From contig JBHLPW010000044.1 in the NCBI GenBank assembly GCA_048939015.1, forward strand, positions 1-45,649: 45,649 nucleotides of DNA, in the 5' to 3' direction. The translations under genes were made by a program, and so were the position numbers. Within the stretch, counting starts at the first letter, position 1, and every line of letters begins with the position of its first letter. The notes under the pieces were generated by a model that searched no databases, had not been told where the DNA came from, and saw only the letters and a program-made list of their open reading frames with translations. This document shows positions 10,601 to 18,921 of the stretch, piece by piece. The DNA comes from Promethearchaeota archaeon. GTDB taxonomy: Archaea > Asgardarchaeota > Lokiarchaeia > Sigyniarchaeales > SOKP01.

Positions 10601-10668
10601 AACGTTCTAATCTTTTGTTTACCTAAATCTTGAAACGCATATTTAAAGACTAACTTAATGTGTGTCAT
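7645..10668 (-). CDS. ABC transporter permease, FtsX/MacB/LolE (type VII) family, internally duplicated
   Basis: Two FtsX-type signatures (SVEERIREFGIFRTLGA; TIIERKKEIGIVRTLGL), each preceded by a TM helix and a large extracytoplasmic domain. Confidence 0.92.
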   Translation of the reverse strand: MTHIKLVFKYAFQDLGKQKIRTLLAIIGMLISIGLLTVILFLSDSIAVGYADYLTIEAGNQDAVISVRHYYEEPNNRSSYFEYDPLIDTIQTSTDIIENYIPRMELTGDVNLSEGFDTTNLLDEKEWCTIQGINFSFENSINFGVFKTPFFNELLDLTELPSNHCAIYYGFNDIIKYSEGDTIRIFMELNHGDKTINKTVDLIIDKIFDFNLKWPADYRDENLIIVDINTLYQIFGYEEFKGKCSDLILTFKESSKLYDIRNFEISTIDVKKLVNDIQIAIGINEYSLDLPKLRALSFAEFLSVMLVIVFVFVSIVAMLISGVLINGILKTSVEERIREFGIFRTLGANKRYNLAIVLMQGFLLCNFGAISGIITAFILSRYVIIPFANTVVSRSLLSFGTIPFSFTWWSVIISYIMGISVGMLVSVSPALKVMRLQLIESIHPYRHEDTLYHLQKKASVNYKLIFVGLILALNGGFVFYVIPRIMIAADMTLFAGTLITILLIFNIGLTLAGLGLIPAILRLFIVLFRPISRKLHNVIKIFVFRYQRRNSSTVMIFALSFSFVIFTSSLVNTLSAQVGASTKLRYGADLLIETTGWEEPESSFGGGFGGGEFGGGFMRVASEGSQQINLNSLTTQNYLDSINPNKIITSEFEQDLLSIDGIEKVSSVLARPFQLTQIYAEQNKEFLAEIGDYAGLSTQEITLIGIDEEYPFVVRNEFIEMTSGNLVTSFNDLFDNNQSNTCIISESIALAMSLLIGDKIRIIIQRGDESEVYPFIITGTAKSMPGFSREFSGTSFGASRGGVLISQETYIEIMDIPPVPYLDRIFIKLRNDKLSEAHNIEELIDEYYQSDYNYEISNLARMVAQQESAFSVLDTLFTLIALTTVFICIFGLLSSSYSTIIERKKEIGIVRTLGLKGRDINRLFIVESLIIMLASGTIGIVIGWSTSWLVSWNLLGTLVGMPNVLYVPWFNIILIYLLSFIMIFLGMKILLRKARKQKIVEIYRETA

Positions 10669-10716
10669 TTGATTGAATTAACTGTAGATTTTTATATAAT
10701 CATAATCAATGGAATT

Positions 10717-11895
10717 TTATTTTAAGATCAAAACTTCTCCCTCAATCCTTCCAAAAAAGTTATTTTCCTCAATTAATTCCTGCAAAATATCATTAAAATG
10801 TTCTGGTAAATTCATAACTATGGAATTTGGAATACTATTTTTAATATCACTGATTGGAAGTTCAATTCTTCCTTGATTCGCAAAAAGATACTGAAAAATC
10901 TTACTTTTACATTTTTCTTTATTTATTTCTGTTTCTTGTTTTCTTTTTAACTGCATAATTTCTGTTTCTTTTAAACCTCCTATTTTACCCTCATGAGTAA
11001 GCTTTCCATCTCTCATATGGAATACTCTAGTAGCAAATTCGGACACCGCAGCATCATGACTTACAGCAACAAAGGTAGCTCCCCTTTTATTTAAATCTCT
11101 AAGAAGATTTAATACCATTACGCCTGTTTTTGAATCTAAATCACCTGTAGGTTCGTCAAGAACACAAATTGCTGGATCATTTGCGAAAGCTCTAGCTATA
11201 GCAACTCGCTGTTGTTCACCTCCACTCAATTCAGAAGGTGTGTGATGTGCTCTTTCATCTAAACCTACTAATCTTAAAAGATCCATAGCTTTTTTTCTCT
11301 TACCTCGACGGCTTAATTTCCCTGAAAAATGTAACGGGACCATAACGTTTTCCATTGCAGTCATTTGAGGGAGAAGATTATAAAATTGGAACACAAATCC
11401 AATTCTTTCACGTCTTATTTCTGCTAAGTCATTATCTGAAAGCATAGAAATATTTCGTCCTTCTAAGAAGATTTTTCCTCTAGTAGGAGTGTCTAAACCA
11501 CCAATCAAATTGAGTAATGTGGTTTTTCCAGAACCAGAAGGGCCCATTATATCTACAAAATCTCCGTTGTCTATTGTTAAATCAACACCTCGAAGTGCTG
11601 CAACAGCCGTAGTTCCTAATAAATAGGTTTTATGTAAGGAATCAACCACAATTAAGTGATCATAATCCTTACTAACCTTTTTCTCTTCTTTAAAGTCTTT
11701 TTTCATCTGTTTCTTTTCTAATCGACTTTGAGAAAGAATCTCCTCCTTTCTCTTTTTTAATTCTTCTTGCTTCTTTTTGTTTTCCCACTTTTTAAAGTTT
11801 TTTGATAATTCCCCGTTCCAAATTGATAATTTCCCTGTTTCTTCTTCATATTGTTCCATAAGAGGAGTTTTTTCTATTATTGCTGATTTAGGCAT
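10717..11895 (-). CDS. ABC transporter ATP-binding protein, LolD/MacB family, with N- and C-terminal extensions
   Basis: Walker A GPSGSGKTT, Q-loop GFVFQFYNL, signature LSGGEQQRVAIARA, Walker B/D-loop VLDEPTGDLD, H-switch VSHD. Confidence 0.95.
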   Translation of the reverse strand: MPKSAIIEKTPLMEQYEEETGKLSIWNGELSKNFKKWENKKKQEELKKRKEEILSQSRLEKKQMKKDFKEEKKVSKDYDHLIVVDSLHKTYLLGTTAVAALRGVDLTIDNGDFVDIMGPSGSGKTTLLNLIGGLDTPTRGKIFLEGRNISMLSDNDLAEIRRERIGFVFQFYNLLPQMTAMENVMVPLHFSGKLSRRGKRKKAMDLLRLVGLDERAHHTPSELSGGEQQRVAIARAFANDPAICVLDEPTGDLDSKTGVMVLNLLRDLNKRGATFVAVSHDAAVSEFATRVFHMRDGKLTHEGKIGGLKETEIMQLKRKQETEINKEKCKSKIFQYLFANQGRIELPISDIKNSIPNSIVMNLPEHFNDILQELIEENNFFGRIEGEVLILK

Positions 11896-12110
11896 GTAAA
11901 ATACTCTTCAATCTATTTTTTTCTTCTTTATTATATCATAAAGCAAACATAAAAAAACTTTTTTACAACATATCTCTTTTACAGATACAGAAAATATGCC
12001 ACTTCTTTTAAAAATTAATGTTCTACTTTATTAGAATATCTAATATCCTTTATGGACATTTAAAAAAATCTGAGCATAAAAAGGATTGGTTTAGTTTAAT
12101 CTTAAATTTC

Positions 12111-12833
12111 TTATTTTTTTAAAAATTTTAGAATTTTTGCATAAATATCTTTATCTGCCTTTTTTTTCGAGTTACATTTTGCGGACTTCAAATTTTTAGG
12201 TAATTTTATCAACTCTTTTTGACTAGTCTGTTCTAATACTCTTGGATTCTTAGCTATCCATATTAAATTATGCTCTTTCCCTCTTTTTTCATATTCTAAT
12301 TGGATCACTATATTGGCTTTAAATTTTCTTTGCAGAAATTCCAGTAATTCATTCTTACTTGAGATCATAGGTTTTTGAATGATTAAATCAAGATCTTCAT
12401 AAAATGGTTTAATCATTTTTTTTTCCACCAGGTCCAAATTATATCCTGTGTCCAGAAAAAGTGCACCACACAAAGCTTCAAAAACATCTGCTAAAATACT
12501 AGTATCCTTTACTTTTTGTTTTTCTGTCTTTAAAATATATTTTTCTAAATTCATCTTATTGGCAAAATTTTTTAAGGCATTATCACTTTCTAAAGCTGCT
12601 TTTATTTTGGTGATTTCACCTGGATCTCTTACCCCTTTCTTATAAAGTTTAAGTACAAGTACAACCTTTATAACAGCATCTCCGAGAGTTTCTAAAAATT
12701 CATAACTAGGTTTACCAATTTCATTTGCTAAAAGTGGAGTTGTTAAGGCTTCGACTAAAAGTTCTTCATTTTTAAACTTATATTTTACAAATTCTTGAAA
12801 ATCTTGCGTTTTTTCTTTCTCAGAAGCATGCAT
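12111..12833 (-). CDS. rnc: Ribonuclease III family protein with C-terminal dsRNA-binding domain
   Basis: YEFLETLGDAVI (cf. NERLEFLGD) and LADVFEALCGALFLD (cf. ADxxEALIGA). The C-terminal SKNELLEFLQ...GKEH...SKKKADKDIYAKIL matches the dsRBD pattern. Confidence 0.88.
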   Translation of the reverse strand: MHASEKEKTQDFQEFVKYKFKNEELLVEALTTPLLANEIGKPSYEFLETLGDAVIKVVLVLKLYKKGVRDPGEITKIKAALESDNALKNFANKMNLEKYILKTEKQKVKDTSILADVFEALCGALFLDTGYNLDLVEKKMIKPFYEDLDLIIQKPMISSKNELLEFLQRKFKANIVIQLEYEKRGKEHNLIWIAKNPRVLEQTSQKELIKLPKNLKSAKCNSKKKADKDIYAKILKFLKK

Positions 12834-12882
12834 TTTTCAATTAACTATTAGTCTTCGTTAAATTTAAAAATTTATACGAAAT

Positions 12883-13323
12883 ATGGAAAGTATGGAAAGT
12901 GATAATAAGGAAAAAATTCTTCAAATGATTAATGCAATTGAAAAAAAGAAATTAAAGATGGATGAATACATCTCAGAATTATCTATACATACAAGAAATG
13001 ATATGCTAAAAGAAATTTCACAGGATATCATTAGTAATAATCCCTTATTACAAGAAATTTTAGGAACAGAAGAAAAAATAATTATAAATGAAAAACAAGA
13101 AACATTTTCGTTTGATCATTTAGTTAATGGATATATTGTTAAAATCCAGCAGAATCCTTATAAAAAGGTTATCTTTTTAAGAGAATATCTTGACTTATTT
13201 AAAGACAGAATATCTGAAAAGGATAAAGATGTAATTCTACAAAGTTTAAAGGATGAAGAAGATAATGAAAAGCTAAGAGAAGAAATGATATCCTTAGCAA
13301 ATATTTTCAAACTTGACCTATAA
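12883..13323 (+). CDS. Hypothetical acidic alpha-helical protein
   Basis: 146-aa ORF filling a gene-sized gap, with charged helical composition and no recognisable motif. Confidence 0.7.
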   Translation: MESMESDNKEKILQMINAIEKKKLKMDEYISELSIHTRNDMLKEISQDIISNNPLLQEILGTEEKIIINEKQETFSFDHLVNGYIVKIQQNPYKKVIFLREYLDLFKDRISEKDKDVILQSLKDEEDNEKLREEMISLANIFKLDL

Positions 13324-13473
13324 TTTCTACTACATTATTATTTAATTTGGAATCTCACTATCCCTTATAATAAGGTATATTTATTTCAAGACGAATTTTG
13401 ACAAAAATATTCCAAAAATGATAAATATATACAAAATCCAATTTATAATATAGATTGAGATTTATTACAATCA

Positions 13474-14466
13474 ATGGAAATATTATACCAAATAGGAAAT
13501 ATAATGTCAATTATTATTAAGATTTATAATTGGAAAGATATTGATATAGATAAAATGTCCAAATTTATAAAGAAAGCTAGAAATAATAGTGTAAACAAAT
13601 TAAATCTGTCAATTGAAGAAATTAAAAGAATTCTCAACCAATATTTTAGGCAAGATGATATAAAATATGTGACAGCCTCAATTGATAATAATTTGGTAGG
13701 GTTTTTGGTAATTTATCCTTCTGGTGTTGAGAGTAAAGAAATCAATCCAGGAACGACTCTTGGGGGAAATCCAATTATCATTTCAAATGAGAAAAATGAT
13801 CTTATTTGTAAAAAATTGATAAATGAAACGATTATATGGGCAAGAAATGAAGGAGTAAAAAGTTTGGAAATTAAAATTCCTCAAAACATGTTAAATGATA
13901 AAAGCGTGTATAAAAATTATATATTAACCTATGAAAAGTTAGGATTCAAAAGAAAACTAGAATATGTCGAAATGTTATGCAATTTAGAGGATCAATCCGA
14001 TCATAACATTTTACTCCCTGAAAATCATGATATTCTTTACATTAATGAATTTAGTGAAAAAGAGATTTATAATTGTTATTATAATTCTTTTAAGAATGGA
14101 GATGCTAGTTTCTTTCAATACCAAGGAGAAGAAGAGAAATTAGAATATTTTCGAGAACTAGGTTATCCTGAATATTTAAACAGAGATGCCTCTATTGCAA
14201 TAGTTAATGACAAAAGACTTGTAGGATTCAGTTTTGTTTTACCTGATGGTGATAATAATCATATTAGCTGTATGTGTGTACATCCCAATTATCAAGGTCT
14301 TGGTTTTGGAAAACTAATTTTATTCATAATTATGAACAAATTAAAAGAACAAGGGATAAAAACTATAACGCTAGGTACAGAAACTAAAATGCGCGCCTTT
14401 AAACTTTATAATAAATATGGTTTCTCAATTACTAATGGATTTCTAATATATCGCTGGGAACAGTAG
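13474..14466 (+). CDS. GNAT family N-acetyltransferase, tandem two-domain
   Basis: C-terminal motif A (MCVHPNYQGLGFGK) and AFKLYNKYGF; the N-terminal GNAT-like half ends in TYEKLGF. Start may be the second Met. Confidence 0.88.
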   Translation: MEILYQIGNIMSIIIKIYNWKDIDIDKMSKFIKKARNNSVNKLNLSIEEIKRILNQYFRQDDIKYVTASIDNNLVGFLVIYPSGVESKEINPGTTLGGNPIIISNEKNDLICKKLINETIIWARNEGVKSLEIKIPQNMLNDKSVYKNYILTYEKLGFKRKLEYVEMLCNLEDQSDHNILLPENHDILYINEFSEKEIYNCYYNSFKNGDASFFQYQGEEEKLEYFRELGYPEYLNRDASIAIVNDKRLVGFSFVLPDGDNNHISCMCVHPNYQGLGFGKLILFIIMNKLKEQGIKTITLGTETKMRAFKLYNKYGFSITNGFLIYRWEQ

Positions 14467-14560
14467 TTTCGATTGAATTCTACCATATAACACAATAAAA
14501 AGATAAAAAAAATAAGAAATACTAAAAGAAAGAACAAGTAAATTTTCTCAAAAACCTAAA

Positions 14561-14953
14561 TTATAAATCAAATAATTGAAGTAATACTAAAACGTGTTTT
14601 ATTCCTCTTATTTTGATCTTTCCTGAAATGATTTTACGAATTACCTTACCCATTGATAAGTCATCACTACCAAGAATTTCTAAGAACATAGGGGTGGTTG
14701 TCTGTAGTAAACCATCCCAACCAGCATTTTTCTTTTTTAAATTTTCCTTTGGGCTATTTTTGATACCTTCTACATGTATAGTACCTTTATCTATTACAAG
14801 CAAAGCAGCCCATTTTCCATCTTTAGCATTTAAAAGAACTTTCACTTCAGTATCTTTAAATTTTTCTTTAAATTTTTCCAATTGATTTAAAGGTTCTACC
14901 TGTTTTGCAACAATTGACGCAAATCCATGTAATTTTTTTTTTTCTTCTGTCAT
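14561..14953 (-). CDS. SCP2 sterol/lipid-binding domain protein
   Basis: C-terminal 'IISGKIKIRG' signature and SCP2-like size and pattern. Confidence 0.75.
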   Translation of the reverse strand: MTEEKKKLHGFASIVAKQVEPLNQLEKFKEKFKDTEVKVLLNAKDGKWAALLVIDKGTIHVEGIKNSPKENLKKKNAGWDGLLQTTTPMFLEILGSDDLSMGKVIRKIISGKIKIRGIKHVLVLLQLFDL

Positions 14954-15127
14954 TTATATCTAAACTCAGAAATATTTGTTAATTATATTTGAAAATTATT
15001 TTAATAATTATAATTTATTTACTTCTCAAATAATTTAAAGCTTTAAATAATTGAAATTATGAATTTTTACTTTGATAAAATTATGGAAGAATAAGTGATC
15101 TTGCTATGGATCCTCTGAATAGGAGCC

Positions 15128-15385
15128 TTAAAAATCCGTTCCTTCGGCACTTCCAAAGAACTCTTCATAAGCTTTGCGGTCTTGAGCAGAAATTTTGTCG
15201 CTTCCTAATCTTTCTTTCACTATGATTGGAGCACTCTCTTTTTCATCATGCTTAATTGATTTATTAATTTTATAGTCCTCAGTTCTTGAAGTGTCTAAGT
15301 CAAATTCCTCTTCACACGCCTTACATACAAGTTTACCATTTTTTGGGACTAACATATTCCCACAGTTTTCACAGAATCGCATCAT
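15128..15385 (-). CDS. TFS/RpoM (Rpb9-like) N-terminal zinc-ribbon protein lacking the C-terminal cleavage ribbon
   Basis: MRFCENCGNMLVPKNGKLVCKACE matches the TFS N-ribbon; SD GAGGAG upstream; no second CxxC pair and no R-S-A-D-E motif. Confidence 0.8.
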   Translation of the reverse strand: MMRFCENCGNMLVPKNGKLVCKACEEEFDLDTSRTEDYKINKSIKHDEKESAPIIVKERLGSDKISAQDRKAYEEFFGSAEGTDF

Positions 15386-15806
15386 TATCTCCTCAGATCT
15401 AATATTTTCGATATTTAAACTTATCGGTTTATTAGCTCAGTTCCTATTAATTTTTATTTTATCAGAAGTATAAAAAATATTATAGCTATTTAAATTTAAC
15501 TTTTATCTAGATTATCTGTTGCCAAACCACATTTAAAAATTTTTTGTTTAAATTATTAATTTGCAATTAAGATTATCGCTTAAATTAAAGCTCAAGAAAA
15601 CTTTTGTACACGAGATTTTGACATATCGAATTATATTGAAATTCTGAATTTTAATAAAATATCTGTTTAATTAAATAATTGAATATTGAACTTCATGTTT
15701 TTGTAGATTTTCTTTAAGAATTAAATAAAAAAATTATCTATTATTTATTTTATCATTCAAAAAAAAAATTCGTAAAAGTGGGGATCTTCTTATAAATTTA
15801 AATGAA

Positions 15807-16532
15807 TTGAACAAATTTCTAATTATCGCTCATAGGGGGGCGAGTAATCTCGCACCTGAAAATACCTTAAAAGCATTTAAGAAAGCAATTGATTTGGGCG
15901 CAGATTGTATTGAATTTGATGTTCATCAATCCAAAGATGGAGAAATAGTAATAATGCATGATGCTAACACATTTAGAACAACTGGTTATTTAGGATTGAT
16001 AGAAGATATGACACTTGAGGATTTAAAAAAACTCGATTGTGGCGATGGTGAAGCAATACCTACTTTAGAGGAATTAATCGAATTGACTAAAGGAAAAATT
16101 GGTTTAAATTGCGAGATAAAAACGAAAGGAATAGCCCAAAAAATAGTAGAAACTTTTAGGGAAGCTGATCTTTTTGAATCTACGATAATTAGCTCTTTCA
16201 ATCATAATGAATTATTGAAAATAAAAAAATTAGAACCACATTTAAAAATTGCATCTTTAGATCCGACACGAACTGGATGGATAATAAATTGGTTTTCGAG
16301 GAAAAATATGATTAAAAAAGCTGCTTCAAATCAATTTTATGGAATTAATCCGTTATATCTTATAGTAAAGAAGAAATTTGTAGATAAAGCTCATGAAGAA
16401 AAGTTGAAAGTTTTTCCATGGACTGTTGATTCAGTAACCTCGATTGAAAATTTAATTAGAATGGGAGTTGATGGAATTATTAGTAACAACATTTCAAGAG
16501 TTCAAGAAGTAATGAATAAATTATGTGACTAA
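15807..16532 (+). CDS. Glycerophosphodiester phosphodiesterase (GDPD, UgpQ-like), paralog 1
   Basis: IIAHRGAS..APENT, IEFDVH, MHD, NCEIK, PWTVD, GVDGIISN. Confidence 0.93.
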   Translation: MNKFLIIAHRGASNLAPENTLKAFKKAIDLGADCIEFDVHQSKDGEIVIMHDANTFRTTGYLGLIEDMTLEDLKKLDCGDGEAIPTLEELIELTKGKIGLNCEIKTKGIAQKIVETFREADLFESTIISSFNHNELLKIKKLEPHLKIASLDPTRTGWIINWFSRKNMIKKAASNQFYGINPLYLIVKKKFVDKAHEEKLKVFPWTVDSVTSIENLIRMGVDGIISNNISRVQEVMNKLCD

Positions 16533-16552
16533 AATCAATCAAACGAGATAAA

Positions 16553-17299
16553 ATGAATGAAATTCATAATAGAATGCTCATATTTGGTCATAGAGGTGCT
16601 AATAACCTTGCTCCGGAAAACACCTTTAAATCATTTAGAAAAGCCATTGAATTACAAGCAGATTTTATAGAATTTGACCTTCTCGAAACAAAAGATGGAA
16701 GAATTGTCGTATGTCATGATGAAGAAATCTCCAGATTAACCGGTCACCATGGATTTGTTAGAGAACTAACTCTTGAAGAATTAAAAACTTTTGATTTTGG
16801 TGAAGGAGAGAAAATCATAACGTTCGAAGAATTAATTGAGCTAACAAAAGGTAAAATAAATCTGAATTCTGAAGTAATAGTAAAAGGGATTGCGAATAAA
16901 GTAGCAGATATTATAAAAAAATATGGTATCATAGAGTCAGTATTAGTAAGTTCTTTTAAACACCAAGAATTATTAGAATTTCAAAAAATTGACCCTAATA
17001 TTAAGCTTGGTTATTTAGAAAATAATAATTATGAAAGTTCTTGTACATGGAAAGAAAAAGAGCAATGGATACAATTTTGTATAGATAATAATTTTTATGC
17101 AATAAATCCATTCTATCCTCTTGTTGATCAACAGTTTGTGGATTTTGCTCATAATAACAATATTAAAGTCTTCCCTTATGCTGTTGAATCTGCACCTGCA
17201 ATGAGAAAACTGATAAAATACAGAGTTGATGGAATAATAACTAATGATATCTTAAAAGCTAAAACCGTTTTATTAAAAGAAAATAAAATTAATCGATAA
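16553..17299 (+). CDS. Glycerophosphodiester phosphodiesterase, paralog 2
   Basis: GHRGA..APENT, IEFDL, CHD, VDGIITND. Confidence 0.92.
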   Translation: MNEIHNRMLIFGHRGANNLAPENTFKSFRKAIELQADFIEFDLLETKDGRIVVCHDEEISRLTGHHGFVRELTLEELKTFDFGEGEKIITFEELIELTKGKINLNSEVIVKGIANKVADIIKKYGIIESVLVSSFKHQELLEFQKIDPNIKLGYLENNNYESSCTWKEKEQWIQFCIDNNFYAINPFYPLVDQQFVDFAHNNNIKVFPYAVESAPAMRKLIKYRVDGIITNDILKAKTVLLKENKINR

Positions 17300-17318
17300 A
17301 ATTAAAATAATTTAATAA

Positions 17319-18056
17319 ATGATTATGAAGAACAATAATGAAGTATTGATAATGGCCCATAGAGGCGCGAGTAGTATTGCACCAGAAAATTCAATTAAAG
17401 CTTTTCAAAAAGCAATCGAACTAAACGCGGATTATGTCGAATTTGATGTTTATCCATCAAAAGATGGAGAATATATAATTTGGCATGATTTTGCTTTTTC
17501 TCAAAAAGATGGAAAAACGCATTTTATTAGAGATATGACATTAGCAGAACTAAAAAAGATTGAAATAGGTGAGGGTGAAACCTTCGTCACTTTGCAGGAA
17601 CTAATAGAACTTACTAAAGGAAAAATAGGTTTGAATTGTGAAATAAAAACTCAGAATATTGGTAAAGATATTGTTGGGATTCTGAAAAAAGAAAATCTTG
17701 ATGGAACTACAATTATAAGTTCATTTATTTTTAATGAATTACTTAATATTAAAAATCTTGATTCTAATCTAAAAGTCGGCTTAATACTTACGAAAGATCT
17801 GGTTTCTCCTCGATGGGTAATCAGATTTTGTAAAAAAGCAATAAATAACAATTTTTTTGCAATTCATCCATTTTGGAAGGCTGTTAACAAAGATATAGTT
17901 GAATTTGCACATTCCAATGGACTACTAGTTAATATATGGACCTATATTTATGAACCTATTAAAGATTCGGACTTAAGAGAAGTAGTAAAAATGGGGATTG
18001 ATGGATTAATACATGAAGATATTCAACAAGCAAAAAGAGTGATAGGAGTAGATTAG
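17319..18056 (+). CDS. Glycerophosphodiester phosphodiesterase, paralog 3
   Basis: AHRGAS..APENS, VEFDV, WHD, NCEIK. Confidence 0.92.
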   Translation: MIMKNNNEVLIMAHRGASSIAPENSIKAFQKAIELNADYVEFDVYPSKDGEYIIWHDFAFSQKDGKTHFIRDMTLAELKKIEIGEGETFVTLQELIELTKGKIGLNCEIKTQNIGKDIVGILKKENLDGTTIISSFIFNELLNIKNLDSNLKVGLILTKDLVSPRWVIRFCKKAINNNFFAIHPFWKAVNKDIVEFAHSNGLLVNIWTYIYEPIKDSDLREVVKMGIDGLIHEDIQQAKRVIGVD

Positions 18057-18132
18057 CAATCCCAAAAATTTTTTTAAAAAAAATAATTTTATCGCGTCAT
18101 ATAATCCTATTTAGCTCATTAAATTATAAAAA

Positions 18133-18867
18133 ATGACGAATTTTAAAAATAAAACATTGGTAATTGGACATGCGGGTGGAAAAACAACAGGTCCAGAAAA
18201 TACACTAAAAGCTTTCAAGAAAGCTATACATCTAAAAGCGGATTATATAGAACTTGATTTAAGATTGTCTAAAGATAATGAAATTGTTATTTTTCATGAT
18301 CCAGACACGTTTAATATCACAGGAATTTCTGGATTAGTAAAAGACAAGACATTGAAAGAATTGAAAATTTTAAATGTTGGAGAAGGAGAAAAAATGCCTA
18401 CTTTTCAAGAAGTCATTGAACTTGCTAATAACAAAATCAATTTATTACTTCATATCGCTGCTGCGCACATAGAGGATCAAGTAATATGTCTTTTAAAAGA
18501 TTATGGCTACATCGAAAAGACAATTGTGTCTTGTATGATTCATAGATATCTTTTTAAATATCAAGCATTAAAACCTAATTTAAAGGTTGCTGCTCTTGAA
18601 AATTTATATTCTGAAGATTTAGCTAAATGGGAGATTCGACGGAAATTAATCGATAATGCTGTAAAAAATAAATTTTATGCAATAAACCCTGAATACCATC
18701 TTGTTGATGCCCAGTTTATCACTTATGCCCATCAAAATAATCTGAAAATCTTCCCTTGGACTGTAAATGAACAAACCATCATGAGAATACTAATTGAATT
18801 AGGTGTGGATGGTATTATTACTGATGATATACCTTTACTAAATAAAGCATTAGGGAAGTCTTTTTAA
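18133..18867 (+). CDS. GDPD family protein, paralog 4 (atypical active site)
   Basis: GHAGG..GPENT, IELDL, FHD, PWTVN, GVDGIITDD; HR is changed to HA and ExK to HIA. Confidence 0.9.
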   Translation: MTNFKNKTLVIGHAGGKTTGPENTLKAFKKAIHLKADYIELDLRLSKDNEIVIFHDPDTFNITGISGLVKDKTLKELKILNVGEGEKMPTFQEVIELANNKINLLLHIAAAHIEDQVICLLKDYGYIEKTIVSCMIHRYLFKYQALKPNLKVAALENLYSEDLAKWEIRRKLIDNAVKNKFYAINPEYHLVDAQFITYAHQNNLKIFPWTVNEQTIMRILIELGVDGIITDDIPLLNKALGKSF

Positions 18868-18921
18868 TAAAACTTTTTAGACCAGAGCTATTATTCTATA
18901 TAATTAATTTATCTATTTTAT

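Noticed and set aside
14954-15127. Frameshifted remainder of the TFS C-terminal ribbon
   Set aside because: I saw no CxxC or ADE-coding sequence downstream; the region is AT-rich intergenic DNA.
15386-15806. 420-bp intergenic region as a possible ncRNA or small gene
   Set aside because: It is extremely AT-rich with no stable stem or tRNA-like fold; best explained as divergent promoters, and specific TATA/BRE boxes cannot be picked out from background.
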